A DNA stretch of 64,000 nucleotides from Octopus vulgaris (taxonomy: Eukaryota), in NCBI GenBank assembly GCA_951406725.2, contig OX597828.1, positions 48,794,001 to 48,858,000 on the forward strand, given 5' to 3'. The translations under genes were made by a program, and so were the position numbers. A model generated the notes under the pieces. The model worked only from the letters and a program-made list of their open reading frames with translations, was not told where the DNA came from and did no database searches. Below, piece after piece: positions 12,271-25,250 of this stretch. The stretch's first letter is position 1. Each line of letters starts with the position of its first letter.

Positions 12271-13210
12271 AGTATCATAAAGCCAAATTATGAGATTAAT
12301 ATATGACACTCGTAGCTCGGATGAACAACGGTTAAGCTTATACACAAGCATATACACAAGCATTATACACGCACACAAAGTCGTCATAACGTTACCTAAA
12401 GCTACAGACGCAGTGACCGTCTTTATTGCATATAATGGAAACAAATACTCCCTCGTGAGTGACGTCTCTGGTTTCGGTTACACTCCTACACATTTTATCA
12501 ATTTTTAATACTATACACCAAATGTTTATACAATTTATCAATTTTCTACAGCATTTAACAATTTTCTACATCATGTAGCAATGTTGTGTAAACTATGTCA
12601 CATGTCTTATCAGTTTTATCAGGAAGTAAGCTATAGGCAAAGACGAAACATTGACCCAGCTTCTGCTTCCGTTTCCAAGTTATTACATTTCACGTAAGGG
12701 CGGTGGACCGGTAGGAATTCTAGAGCGTCGGAGCATAATCCCATGCGGAATTTAGCTCTGGATACTTAAGTGCTGAGTTCAGATCTTAACGAGGCCAACT
12801 TTACCTTTCATCCTTCCGGTGTCGATATATTGATGTACTGGTCATATACAGGGATCAGTTTAATCGACTGATCCCTCCCACCAAAAGATTTGTGGGCATG
12901 TGCCTTACATTAGACACAGCTCTATTACGCTTTTGAAAAGTACACCTCGTTTACAAAATCACATTGTATCTCCACTAAAAACCTAGGAATAACAACCAAT
13001 GAAAGAGTCACTTGGCCTGCTAGAAATCACAGCCAAATTTACTTCATAACATACTTTACCGTCCAACAAGATGAACAAATCTAACAGTGTCATTCTCGCT
13101 GCACACTACTTGATAGACGAGTTAGTCAAGACTGGCACGCCGTTGATTATATGTCTGCTAAAACAAGTCTGATATGAGATAAACAACAACAGTAACCAAG
13201 AAACTTGTGA

Positions 13211-13520
13211 AGGCGCGTGGCTTAGTGGTTAGGGGCATTCGGCTCATGATCGTAAGGTCGTGAGTTCAATTCCCGGTTGCGCGTTGTGTCCTTGAGCAAG
13301 ACACTTTATTTCACGTTGCTCCAGTCCACTCAGCTGGCAAAAAATGAGTAATACCTGTATTTCAAAGGGCCAGCCTTGTCACACTCTGTGTCACGCTGAA
13401 TCTCCCCGAGAACTATGTTAAGGGTACACGTTAATTTCACTTGCACGTTAATTTCACGAGCAAGCTGTTCCGTTGATCGTATCAGCTGGGACACTCGTCG
13501 TCGCAACCGACGAAGTGCTC
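13211..13520 (+). mobile_element. SINE family S3; further copies at 15750-15997 (minus), 25297-25570, 33705-34020, 34850-35035 (minus) and 52765-52990
   Basis: ggcgcgtggcttagtggtt head, gagttcaattccc B box, shared body. Confidence 0.8.
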
Positions 13521-13979
13521 CTGTAACCAAGAAACGTATACTACACATCTAATATAAAGACGAGGGCAGAATGTATTGCCGCATTTCGTCCATTTTTACG
13601 TTCTGAGTTAAAATACCGCCAAGTTTTGTCTTTGCCTTTCATTCTTTCGGGACAGATAAGTTAAGTACCTGTTGAGCACTGGAGTCGATTTAATCGACTA
13701 TGCCCCGCCCCCAGAATTGCAGGCCTTGTGCCAAAATTTGGAACCAATATAAAAACGTGGGGAGACGCAATGGTTAAGAATTTCACTTCACAAGCAAGAG
13801 ATCCCTGGTTCCATCTCACCTCATGGCATTTTGGGCAAATGTCAGTTTCTATAGCCACGTCGACCCACACTTTATGAGTGAAGTTAAGTAGAAATAAGGG
13901 TATATGGACACTGTAGAAAGCCCATCGGGTGGACTGTACTGGGAATTCAAAAAGGTCCCCCTTTGTCACGCTGGTTCTC

Positions 13980-14190
13980 TTTTACTCTTTTTCTTGTTTC
14001 AGTCATTTGACTGTGGCCATGCTGGAGCACCGCCTTTAGTCGAGCAAATCGACCCCAGAACTTATTCTTTGTAAGCCTAGTACTTATTCTATCGGGCTCT
14101 TTTGCCGAACCACTAAGTTACGGGGACGTAAACACACCAGCATCGGTTGTCAAGCGATGTTGGGGGGACAAACACAGACACACAAACGTA
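13980..14190 (-). mobile_element. SINE family S1, 3' half
   Basis: Reverse complement of the S1 tail, ending in a CA/(CATA)n tract. Confidence 0.8.
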
Positions 14191-14262
14191 TATACACACA
14201 CACACACATACATACACACACATACATACATACATACATACATACATACATACATACATACA

Positions 14263-14294
<32 letters not shown>

Positions 14295-14554
14295 CGTAGT
14301 GAAGCTATACAATAGCGTCGTATTTATTACGATCGCTATTTTCCAGTAAATATCGGTACTTCGTTGTACCATTTATTTACTTTTATATGTATAATTTTAC
14401 CCTCACGGGCTATCCTTTACTGGAAAGCAATACTTTCGTATTGCATTACTATTTTCATTGAAACTTCTTCACTGTTCTCGTTCTGTTAACGTTTTGGCGT
14501 TCAGACGAGTGTACTGGCATAGATGTGGCAACATTTGAAAATTTGTCGAGGTAT

Positions 14555-14625
14555 ATGCAGCTGATGAAGACAAATCAAATCTACATTGGCAAACGTATTT
14601 GAAGAGTCTGAAACCGGTACTGCAT
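14555..14625 (+). ncRNA. Minimal type I hammerhead ribozyme (Penelope-type), intact core
   Basis: atgcag-CTGATGA-agac[loop containing tcaaat/atttga]gtct-GAAA-ccgg-TA-ctgcat: stem I 6 bp, stem II 4+6 bp, palindromic stem III accggt, GUA cleavage triplet. Confidence 0.8.
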
Positions 14626-14722
14626 TATCCGTTTCTAGGTTTTTCATTTTTCAGATGTTCTTCCTAGATGTAATCGACTTTGCCCCACTTTTCCCTGAAA
14701 TTGATGGTCTTGTGTCAAAATT

Positions 14723-15135
14723 TGGCGTGACTGTACGGCAAGAGGCTTACTTCCCAACCACATGGTTCTGGTTTCATTCCCACTGCGTGACACCTTGGGC
14801 AAGTATCTTCTACTATAGTCTCGGGTAAACCGAAGCCTTGTGAGTGGATTTGGGAAACGGAAACTGAAAGAAGCCCGTCGTATATATGTATATATACATG
14901 TGTGTGTGTGTGTGTTTTCGTGTCCATATTTGTCACACACCCACCCCCACCGCTTGACAGCCAGTTTTGGTCTGTTTACGTCTCCGTAACTTAGCGGTTC
15001 GACAAAAGAGACCGATAGAATAACTACTAGGCTTTAAAAATAAGTCCTGTGGTCGATTCGTTCGACTCAAATCCTTCAAGGCGGTACTCCAGCATGACCA
15101 CCCTCAAATGACTGAACCAAATAAAAGAATAAAAG
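14723..15135 (+). mobile_element. SINE family S1, diverged
   Basis: Collinear with the S1 consensus. Confidence 0.8.
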
Positions 15136-15589
15136 AAATAAAATATTTTATCTTGGAGGCCCACATTCAGGGATTTTCAGGCGTGGTCCTTGGATTAACA
15201 AGGATCTGTGGGCGTTTGTCTCTGGGTCCTCTAGTGTTCAGTAGATGTCGGATAAAATCGTGTGTTCCCACGTGTTTGCAAGACACTGATGCCTTGAGGG
15301 AAGAACCACCACCACCACAACCAGCAGCACCAACACCCCACTACCACCGTTATCATCACCACCACCACCACCACCACCACTCCTATCTTTATTATTACCA
15401 CAACAGTTCCATCAGTTTGTGATATGTTATACCCAACGCAGTACCTGTTTAGAAACAGGTGAAATTGACAGTTGTTGAGACGGGCTGATGCACAGACACA
15501 CAAGCTCACACACACACACACACATGTTGATACAGAAAAAAGACATGTGTATCTCTCTATCTCTCTATCTATCTATCTATATATATATA

Positions 15590-15730
15590 TATATGTAAAT
15601 GTAAAAAAATACAAACTGGAACAAGAACGTGAAACATTTAGAGGGCGATACAAAACACACGGACGGGACATTCGAAGCCTTCAATCTTCAGTCAAGAACC
15701 GGATCATCTTCGCAATTTCGGCTGAATATA
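15590..15730. mobile_element. Short (TA)n-associated dispersed repeat, second copy at 49060-49178; probably a Penelope-like pseudo-LTR fragment
   Basis: Shared acacggacRggacattcgaa...tcaagaaccggatcatc; both copies abut (TA)n. Confidence 0.5.
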
Positions 15731-16043
15731 TATATATATAGTAAATAAATGTTCCTTCTCGAGCCATGCCAGGCTCATAAGGGCCGGTTTCCCGGTTTCA
15801 GTGGCGTAGAAATTCCCCACCTGGACGGGACGCCGATCCGTCGCAGGATTACTAATTTTTGCCAGCTGAATGCACTAGACTAACGTGAAAAGGAAGTGTT
15901 TTGCTTAAGAGCACAACGCTTTGCCCGGTCTAGGAATCGAAACCACAGCCTTACGATCATGAGTTCAACATTCTAACCACTAAGCCACGCGCCTCCACAT
16001 ATACATATACATACATACATACATACATACATACATACATACA

Positions 16044-16107
<64 letters not shown>

Positions 16108-16899
16108 TACATGCATATATATATAGAGAGAGAGAGAGATCCACGCGCGCGCGCAAACACACACACACACACACACGCACGCACATACACACACACCACA
16201 TACTCAGAATACCAGTAACATGATCCGAACCTACATTCTCTGGTTCTCTCATTCAATTATCCAATACACTAGAGACAAGGTGTTCCACGCCCTCGCTCTG
16301 ATTCAGTTAAACGATGTGACGTCATAACAGTGATGAATGAACGGCTTTTATAGAATGAGCGTAACTCCCTCCACCATTCATAAGCAAAGGCAGCAATCAT
16401 TACACTGGCTTGATGATGATGATGATGATGATGATGATTTCTTTTATTAGCCACAAGGGCATAGATGTGTGTGGGTGGCTGGCGGGGGACATCACAAGGA
16501 CAGACAAGAATTTGTGTGGAGATTTTCGTAAAGAATTTGGGAGAAAGAAATGGAAAAGACAGTGAAATGCGATAAAAGTAGACATCGTTTACAAAGCATG
16601 TGAGAAGACAAATTTTGCAGTCCTCTTGATACAGAGCGACTACATATAGGGCCAGTCAAAGAACCCCACAGATCCAGGATTAACAACCGATGTTGGTGTG
16701 TTTACGTCCCCGTAACTCGGCGGTTCGGCATAAGACCGATAGAATAAGTACTAGGCTTACAAAAAGTACGTCCTGGGGTCGATTTGTTCGACTAAAGGCG
16801 GTACTCCAGCATGGCCGCAGTCAAATGACTGAAAGAAGTAAAAGAGTATGCCCAGATATGCAACTATGTGCACGAGATAACATACATAAAACATACACG

Positions 16900-16953
<54 letters not shown>

Positions 16954-16985
16954 TATATGCATACATATATACATACATTCAATAT

Positions 16986-17194
16986 GTGACCGCGTGTGTA
17001 TCGTGGGCGATTCTTTTTCATCCGTCTTCCTTTCCTTGGATCTTTCCTTTTTCTATGTTTCTGACGAGGCGCTCCGCTCGAAACGTTAAATCTTCCGTCT
17101 TTCTTTCCTTTCCTGGGCGTCCAATAACGCTATACTTGTTCCACGTCCGCGTGTTGTTGTGTTTTCTCTTTGTGTTTTCATATATGGATTAACT
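16986..17194 (+). mobile_element. Penelope-like pseudo-LTR family A with hammerhead-like core at 17057-17092; related copies at 31068-31195 (plus) and about 60915-61050 (minus)
   Basis: ttt-CTGACGA-ggcgctccgctc-GAAA-cgtt-aaa; ends ggattaact next to a microsatellite, as do the copies at 71 and 31195. Confidence 0.6.
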
Positions 17195-17195
17195 T

Positions 17196-17243
<48 letters not shown>

Positions 17244-17374
17244 CATACATATATATATATATATATATCACACAAACACACACACACAAGGCGAGGGTGT
17301 CAATTGGTGGTGATGGGGGTGGACAAACACAAAGACACACGTACACGCATATATATGCATATATATTTATATGA

Positions 17375-17406
<32 letters not shown>

Positions 17407-17469
17407 GTGTGTGTGTGTGTATATATGTGTATATATATGTATATATATATATATGTATATATATACGTG

Positions 17470-17514
<45 letters not shown>

Positions 17515-17522
17515 GTATGTAC

Positions 17523-17578
<56 letters not shown>

Positions 17579-17644
17579 TTACATATATATGTATATATTT
17601 AAGACGAGCTTCTAGTTTCTATTTGCCAAATATATTTGTGCGTT

Positions 17645-17682
<38 letters not shown>

Positions 17683-18481
17683 ACGCGCACGCGCACACAC
17701 ACACCACAGATGCGTGTGCGCACATCCGCCCACTCACACAAGCACACACCCCCACACACGTATTTTTTGTACTTTAAGAGATTCATAACACCAATGCACT
17801 AGTTGTATTTTTCTTCAATTTAATTGTCAATTAATTACATAATTGGTTAATTAATATATGATCTAATTAGTTGATTAATTGGTTTGTTAATGTTCTTTCG
17901 TGAAAACATCTGGCCTAATTGATGTCGATGTGTCCATCCCCTCCCTTTCTGTACTGTATCCCCCGAGGTTGTTAACCAGTATATGTAGAGTTGTTATGAT
18001 CATAGATCCGTACTGCTAGGTTCCTGGATTAAGAAGTGTTGTTATGCCGTTGTTTTACAATTACGAGGAGGGTTTTGTAACCTTAGTGATTCACCAATAC
18101 AAGGGGCATTGCTATGCTATTCTTTCGCCAATGTCGGGTGTGTCATTACGTGTGTATTTCACCAAATAAAAAAAAAAGAGTTGTTACATGAATGTTTTAC
18201 AAATACAAGGATTTGTTGAGGCAGGTTTGGGTAATTAGCTAAGTAGCGCAATTAGCAATCATGAGTTCCCGGATTCGATTTCAGTGCTTCACATTATGTT
18301 CTAGTGTCGACCCAATCTTTGTGTGTGAAACCCTATTGGCGGAAACTGTGTATCGTGCTGATCCTGGTTAGGGATCGCGTTAAGGGTAGACGTGTTTATG
18401 GAGTACTCAGTCATTTATGTGTTCATTCTAACGAGTCAGACGTCAAATTGCTCGAACAACTGAGTGCTCGTCGTCAATAGC

Positions 18482-18915
18482 GGCGTGGGAGTGGCTGTGT
18501 GGTACGTAGCTTGCTTACCAACCACATGGTTCCGGGTTCAGTCCCACTGTGTGGAACCTTGGGCAAATGTCTTCTACTATAGCCTCGGGTCGACCAAAGC
18601 CTGATGAGTGGATCTGGTAGAAGAAAACTGAAAGAAGCCCGTCGTATATATGTATGTTTGTGTGTGTGTGTGTGTGTGTGTGTGATACATACGTTTGTGT
18701 GTCTGTGTTTGTCCCCCAACATCGATTGACAACCGATGGTGTGTTACGTCCCCGTAACTTAGCGGTTCGGCAAAAAAGAGACCGATAGAATAAGTACTAG
18801 GCTTACAAAGAATAAGTACTAGGCTTACAAAGAATAAGTCCTGGGGTCGATTTGCTCGACTAAAGGCGGTGCTCCAGCATGGTCACAGTCATATGACTGA
18901 AACAAGTAAAAGAGT
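18482..18915 (+). mobile_element. SINE family S1 with a 22-bp internal tandem duplication (agaataagtactaggcttacaa)
   Basis: Collinear with the S1 consensus. Confidence 0.85.
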
Positions 18916-20669
18916 AAATAGTATTAATGTAAGAAGTATTGTTATGTGAAAATTTCTTTAAAATCACAGTGCTATTATATCAATGCTAAAATCGTTAGCA
19001 TGCTGGACAAAAGTCTTTACGTGATGAATTCAAATTCCGCTGAGGTCGATTTTGCCTCTCGTCCTTTCGGGATCAATAAAAAAAGTACCAGCTGAGCTCT
19101 GGGGTCGATGTCATTGATGAGCCATCACCGCCACCACACAAATTTCAGGCCTTGTGCCTATAATAGAAAGAATTAAGTCGATGCTATACCAGCAGAAAGA
19201 GAGTTGCTGCTTCAGTGGTTTACTAATACCATGAGTGGAGTACTTCATAACTTCAGCGCAACACCAAGACTTGATGCGTGACTAAGTCGTTAGCATTTTG
19301 GTCTCGCAATCATGAGATCATCGGTTCGTCCCCTGGACCGAACAGTGTGTTACGTCCATGAGCAAGGCACTTCATTTCATGTTGCTCCAATTTATTTAGC
19401 CCTCTTCTACCTCCAACAGTCACATCTTCGATCTTCTGCTGAGTACTGTCTAATATCAGCAGTCAAAGTCCCGGATGCTGGCCCTGTACTGGTCGACGGG
19501 ATTAACTCTGCTACACCTTGTAGGCCTTGGTGGGGTTTGAACTCAGAACGCAAAGAACCGAAACAAAACCACGTGATATCTATTCCGTCCGGTTTCCTAC
19601 AGTTCCACCGATACTTTGAAAGTCGAGAAGGGTGTCTGTGCTTACGACTATATAGGCAGCTACGAAAAATATTTAGCGAAAGCATGGTACATGTTACCTT
19701 GTCTTAATCTCAAGAATGTTGCTACGTTAGTGTTTTAATATCACAATGGAGTGGGGGAGGGGAGTGTTTGTTACCAGAATAATTCTTCAAAAGAAAAATA
19801 GCGGTTGTTATATTAGAAGTGTTGTTACAACTATAAACATGGTATTGTTGATATTTTCGATATTATTAAGTAGATGTTGATAACAAAGAGGAAACCATTG
19901 TCAACGGAGACGGCGACGTGGGTCATGGAAGAGGTTGAGATTGCGAAAACTAAAATGAGGGGAGATTTTTGATGGCTTCGTCTTAAAAAAAAATAAATGT
20001 CACTGTTTCGTTTTTTTCTTCTTGCAGAGGGAGATGTCATACATTTTCCATTTTTATTTATTTTATTAATGCATATTATTTGCAAACAAACCAAAAAAAA
20101 ATGAATGATTGATACACCAATTCTTTCTTTCTTCCTTTCTTTTTTTTTAATTAACGCAGCTAAAAGAAGAAAAAAATAGGAGAACCAAGCAAAAAAAAAA
20201 AAAGACAAAACGAATACGAAACGTTAAAAGTAAAAACAAATAAAAAACACGCGGGAAGGATTTTGAAAAATGTCTTATATCATGGAATGGTGTTTTGTCA
20301 TATGAAAACATCAATTCTTGCTTCTTCGTTGCTTTCTTTCATTCCCCGTTTGTTTATTTCTTTATTTTTATTCTTTTAGCTTTTCTTTTTTTTGATTTTC
20401 TTATCCCGACAAAGTAAAACTATCCCAGTTTTAGACGAATGTGCGTATTTGTGTAGTGAGAGAGCAAACATACATTCCAATACATACACAAACACACACA
20501 GACACACACACACACACACATACACACACACTGAGAAATGCGAACGTAAACTGTCCATCGCTCTAATCCCAAACGCAATTTATTTTTCTGTACGTATGTA
20601 TGTTTGTGTGGATGTATGTATGTATGTGCCTCTGTATGTGTGTGTGTGTGCATGGATGTGCGTGCGTGC

Positions 20670-20723
<54 letters not shown>

Positions 20724-21220
20724 GTATGCTAGAGTTTTATAAGGTCGAAGAAGGAATCCAAATTGCTAGCGTTGCTGCCAACGATTTCAAAATCTCTGTT
20801 TTAAGGAAGAAAATACTGAGGAAAAAGAGTGAGAGGTGAGGAGTGAGAAGAAGGAGACGAGCATCATTAATAGGCAGTGCTGGGTATTAAAAATTCTTTC
20901 TACCAGTTTTACTGATGTGTCTGTGATTCATACTGTCCGAGATTTGCGTCACATTTTCGTAAAGCATAACTCGTAAAAGAATTTGAACTTAATGCCGCAA
21001 AAATTGCGAAACCGTCGTTAATGAAACAATGTTCCCACCGCGTGCAATACTTCATTGCATTTAGGCTATGGTTATTGTTGTTATTGTTGTTGTTGTTTCA
21101 TTTGTCGTTCAATCCTAGATAAATCTTGATTGAATAGACCTATTATAATAGGTCTACAAGGTTTCTTGGTGCTTAGGAAATAGACATCATACCTATACAA
21201 AATCTAGTTCTTAAGTTACT

Positions 21221-22289
21221 GAGCCCTATAATCACGTGGACGACTGCTATTCTTGTAACCTGAATTTGAAGGGTATTAACCAGAAAAATCGACAAACGGT
21301 TGTCTATCCTAATCTTACCTCTGCTATTAGACCGGTTCCACGCAGTGAAGAGCTTGCTGTTCCTGTCTTCAATGTCTTCACTCAGATAACTTTACCCTCA
21401 AACAAAGAAGACATTAGAGATGAAGACTTTTCAGTTGAGACTTTACCTCAGCCATTCCCCCAGGTAGAGCTGAATGATCTAGTTCATGACTTGAACCTCC
21501 CCAAAAATTCTGCTGAACTGTTGGTTTCCCGACTGAAAGAGAACAATCTTTTGGAGAATGGTGTCCGTAAAACGATTTTATCGGAGTCGGCATGAAGAGT
21601 TCTTTTCTTTCTTCACAAAAGAGGAGAAGCTTATTTACTGCAGAGAAGTCAATGGGCTTCTCAATAAACTTGGCATTGAGGAATACAAACCAGAAGAACG
21701 GCATCTTTTCATTAACAGCTCTAAACGTAGTTTAGAATGTGTATTGTTGTACAACAGAAATATGTACGGCTCTGTCCCACTCGGCCACTCAACAACTCTG
21801 AGGAAAAAATATGAAGAAATTAAGTTGGTTCTAGGGAAGATACTGTATCATGATCATAAATAGGTCATCTGCGCTGACTTAAAGTTGGTGAAGTTTTTCA
21901 TGGGACAGTAATCTGGTTATACCAAATACCCATGCTTTCTTTGCATGTGGGACATTAGTGACCGAATAAACCACTATGTTGGCCGCCTCGAACAAATATG
22001 GCTCCATGTAGAGCTGCCAATATATTGGAAGAATCTTTAGTTGAGCGAGATAAGATCATTCCCCATCCCCTTTGCACATCAAACTTGGATTGTTTAAGCA
22101 ATTCGTCAAAGCTCTTAACAAAAATAGGCGCAGGAGTGGCTGTGTGGTAAGTAGCTTCTTTACCAACCACATGGTTCCGGGTTCAGTCCAACTGCTTGGC
22201 ACCTTGGGCTAGTGTCTTCTACTATAGCCTCGGGCCGACCAAAGCCTTGTGAGTGGATTTGGTAGACGGAAACTGAAAGAAGCCCGTCG

Positions 22290-22355
<66 letters not shown>

Positions 22356-22780
22356 TGTGTGTGTGTGTGTGTGTGTGTTTGTCCCCCTAGCATTGCTTGA
22401 CAACCGATGCTGGTGTGTTTATGTCCCCGTTACTTAGCGGTTCGGCAAAGAGACCGATAGAATAAGTACTGGGCTTACAAAGAATAAGTCCTGGGGTCGA
22501 GTTGCTCGATTAAAGGCGGTGCTCCAGCATGGCCGCAGTCAAATGACTGAAACAAGTAAAAGAGAGAGTGCTTCAAGTATACCTGCAGTGTATTTCCAGA
22601 CTTGACTATTGAAAAACTTAAAGCAGGTAATTTTGATGGACCACAGATCCATAAAAGCTCTTGAAGGACACAAATATCGAGAAAACGATGAGCGAAAATA
22701 AAGCTACAGCTTGGTCAGTCTTTGCAGAAGTAGAGCAAAATTTCCCTGGGAAACACAAAAGTGAAAACTATAAAGACCTT
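21221..22780 (+). pseudogene. Decayed DNA-transposon transposase, Chapaev3-like (CMC superfamily), with frameshifts/stops and an S1 SINE inserted at 22127-22565
   Basis: Motifs across frames: EPYNHVDDCYSC, YPNLTSAIRPVP, ELNDLVHDLNLPKNSAELLVSRLKENNLL, LFINSSKRSLECVLL, SGYTKYPCFLCMWD, HIKLGLFKQFVKAL, then after the SINE ECFKY..FPDLTIEKLKAGNFDGPQI; family assignment is from recalled motifs. Confidence 0.7.
22127..22565 (+). mobile_element. SINE family S1, full length, nested in the transposase relic
   Basis: Host reading frame stops at FVKALNKN and resumes at ECFKY. Confidence 0.9.
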
Positions 22781-22870
22781 CGACAACGTCAGAGCAACAC
22801 AACCCCAGACCGTTTGCCTTTTGAAGAATCATACAAGAGCTCGGAATCTCCCAGTAAAAGCTATCAGAAA

Positions 22871-23101
22871 AGGCGGTGAGCTGGCAGAAACGTTAGCGCG
22901 CCGGGCGAAACGCGTAGCCGTATTTCGTCTGTCGTTACGTTCTGAGTTCAAATTCCGCCGAGGTCGACTTTGCCTTTCATCCTTTCGGGGTCGATAAATT
23001 AAGTACCAGTTGCGCACTGGGGTCGATGTAATCGACTTAATACCTATGTCTGTCCTTGTTTGTCCCCTCTATGTTTAGCCCCTTGTGGGTAATAAAGAAA
23101 T
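22871..23101 (+). mobile_element. SINE family S2 with LINE-like tail (...gtgggtaataaagaaata)
   Basis: Near-identical to 42940-43170. Confidence 0.85.
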
Positions 23102-24608
23102 AGGTATCAGGTACAATTTGGTTTTGTATTTTCAACAAAGCTTCCACTCACATCATTTGAAAGTTCTTTTTAAATCATAATAATAAAAAAAAATGAAAAT
23201 GCGTTTTATAATTTGAATTAAATGCTCAAAAATAAAACAATTTACTGTTTCATTTTCAATTAAATCGTTTTAAAATGAAAACATGATTTTAAAATGTGTA
23301 AAAAAAAAATTGTTAAAGAGAAAGAATATATGGGTTTATGAATGCAGTTCAAAACATTAGACCGTAGAGAAAACTACACTTGCTTAAGGACTTGTGCCCC
23401 AGTCTAAAGAAAGAAAAGAAAAGAAATTGCTCATGTCCTTCGAGAGCACGACTCCCTTCATTGCTGTGAACCGATGAAAAGATAACAACTAATAATTCTC
23501 CGCTCAGTCGACCAGTCGTCATTCTCACTGCACATTTATGTAAACAAACTACTTCATACACAAACATACATACAGTACAGGCAAACGCACCGACCCGCGC
23601 ATATAGACACACATACACACTGCACACACAGACACATAAACAGACACAGAGAGACACGTACAGACACTGCACTCAAACACTGCCGCGCGCAAACACACTT
23701 GTACCGAGCGCGTACAGATATACATTTACACGACACACAAATATATAACAGCAGACACATATAAAGACAGTATACGCAAACATATAGACAGATGCACATA
23801 AAACATACATATGCACACTATAAAATACAAACACAGTGACACACGCATACACTGCACGCACACACACAGGCCAGGCGCATATAATCATTGCGCACAAACA
23901 CATAGATGCACAGAAATACCCATACACATACAAATACACATATACGCAGCACACACTAGCATAAACAGACACATATACACAGCACAGAACCACATAGACA
24001 CACACATACACAGACGCACATGTATACACATTTAAGATACACACGTAATTTTACAGGAAAACAAATACAAAGTTGGGACGGTTTGTCATAAGCAAATCAA
24101 GACAAAATGTCTATATAGAGAAGATATGAGCATTGGCCAATAGCATCTGCTAAAATAAACAAGACCTTTTCAACGATGTCAACTTAAGACGTTAGTAAAT
24201 AGAAGCTGACATGGCTTCTAAGCTCTCTTGATTGCTGGCAAATCGTCGTCAATATGGCCAAAGGTAAGACGGTCTCTATGTTCAACCCAACTACATCCAC
24301 CCAACCAAAAAGATATCGCTGGTAGACAACCGTAATAAGCACTCTTTCTAATAATTGATACAAAACGAGTAATTTTTAAAGGAGGCTGCTAATTGATTAG
24401 AGTGTCATTCCGCCACCACCACCACCCCATCCTCAGTGTTCAAGTGGTACTTAATTTATCCACCCACCCCCCGCCACACCCCACAACCATAACCGAAAGG
24501 ATGAAAGCCAAAGTCGACCTTGGTGGAATCTGATCGCAAAATGTAAATCAGGAAGAAAAGAAATACCACTAAACATTTTATACGGCATGCTAACGATTCT
24601 ACCAACTC

Positions 24609-24640
<32 letters not shown>

Positions 24641-24643
<3 letters not shown>

Positions 24644-25080
24644 TGCCCTGATGCAGTGCCAGGCATTGGCTCTCGTGGCTTCTGATCTTAACTGATTGGA
24701 AGTGTTATCATGTACATTGTTTTGTCTTGGTATGAAAGATGGGCTACAGCAAATATTCTGCTCAATACCACAGATTTGCTTGTCAGTTGTTTGACCTTAA
24801 CCAGTTGACCATGTCCCTTAGTGGCTGACGATATGTGCATCTCTGATCATGAGCAGAAGTAGTAGGGGAGCATCATAGCCGTGTGTTAAGGGGAATGCTT
24901 TGGGGTTTGGATAATTCACCTTTAGAAACACGGGTGTTTCATCCAACATCCTTAAACAATCCTTATTCGGGGACCTTTTGAGCGGGATGGGCTACTCGAC
25001 AAGAAGAATATTCTAACTGGGCCCCACCTGAAAGGTCATGCGCTGTTTATCTTGATATGAGATCACCATATCGCGCACAT
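24641..25080 (+). mobile_element. Probable 5' region of a (TAA)n-associated non-LTR element (R4/Dong-like)
   Basis: Complex sequence begins sharply after (TAA)n with aaatgccctgatgcag; no ORF; assignment rests on recall and on R4/Dong preference for TAA repeats. Confidence 0.35.
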
Positions 25081-25250
25081 GAAGCCCAGTTACAACTACA
25101 GCCGGCTACTGTCGATAAAGGTTTTAGCTGCCAATTCTGTACAAGACACTGTAGATCTTTAGCTGGGCTAAAAAGTCACATTCGATCACAGCACCAATAA
25201 CAGTTAAGCTTCGTGCAATGGCCATACTCGATAACGAGGGGGCAGTCATC
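25077..25250 (+). mobile_element. Short 3' end of the RTE-like LINE also seen at 56498-56935
   Basis: High identity to 56760-56930 (last zinc finger, stop, tail gccatactcgataacgagggggcag); followed by (ATGT)n. Confidence 0.75.
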
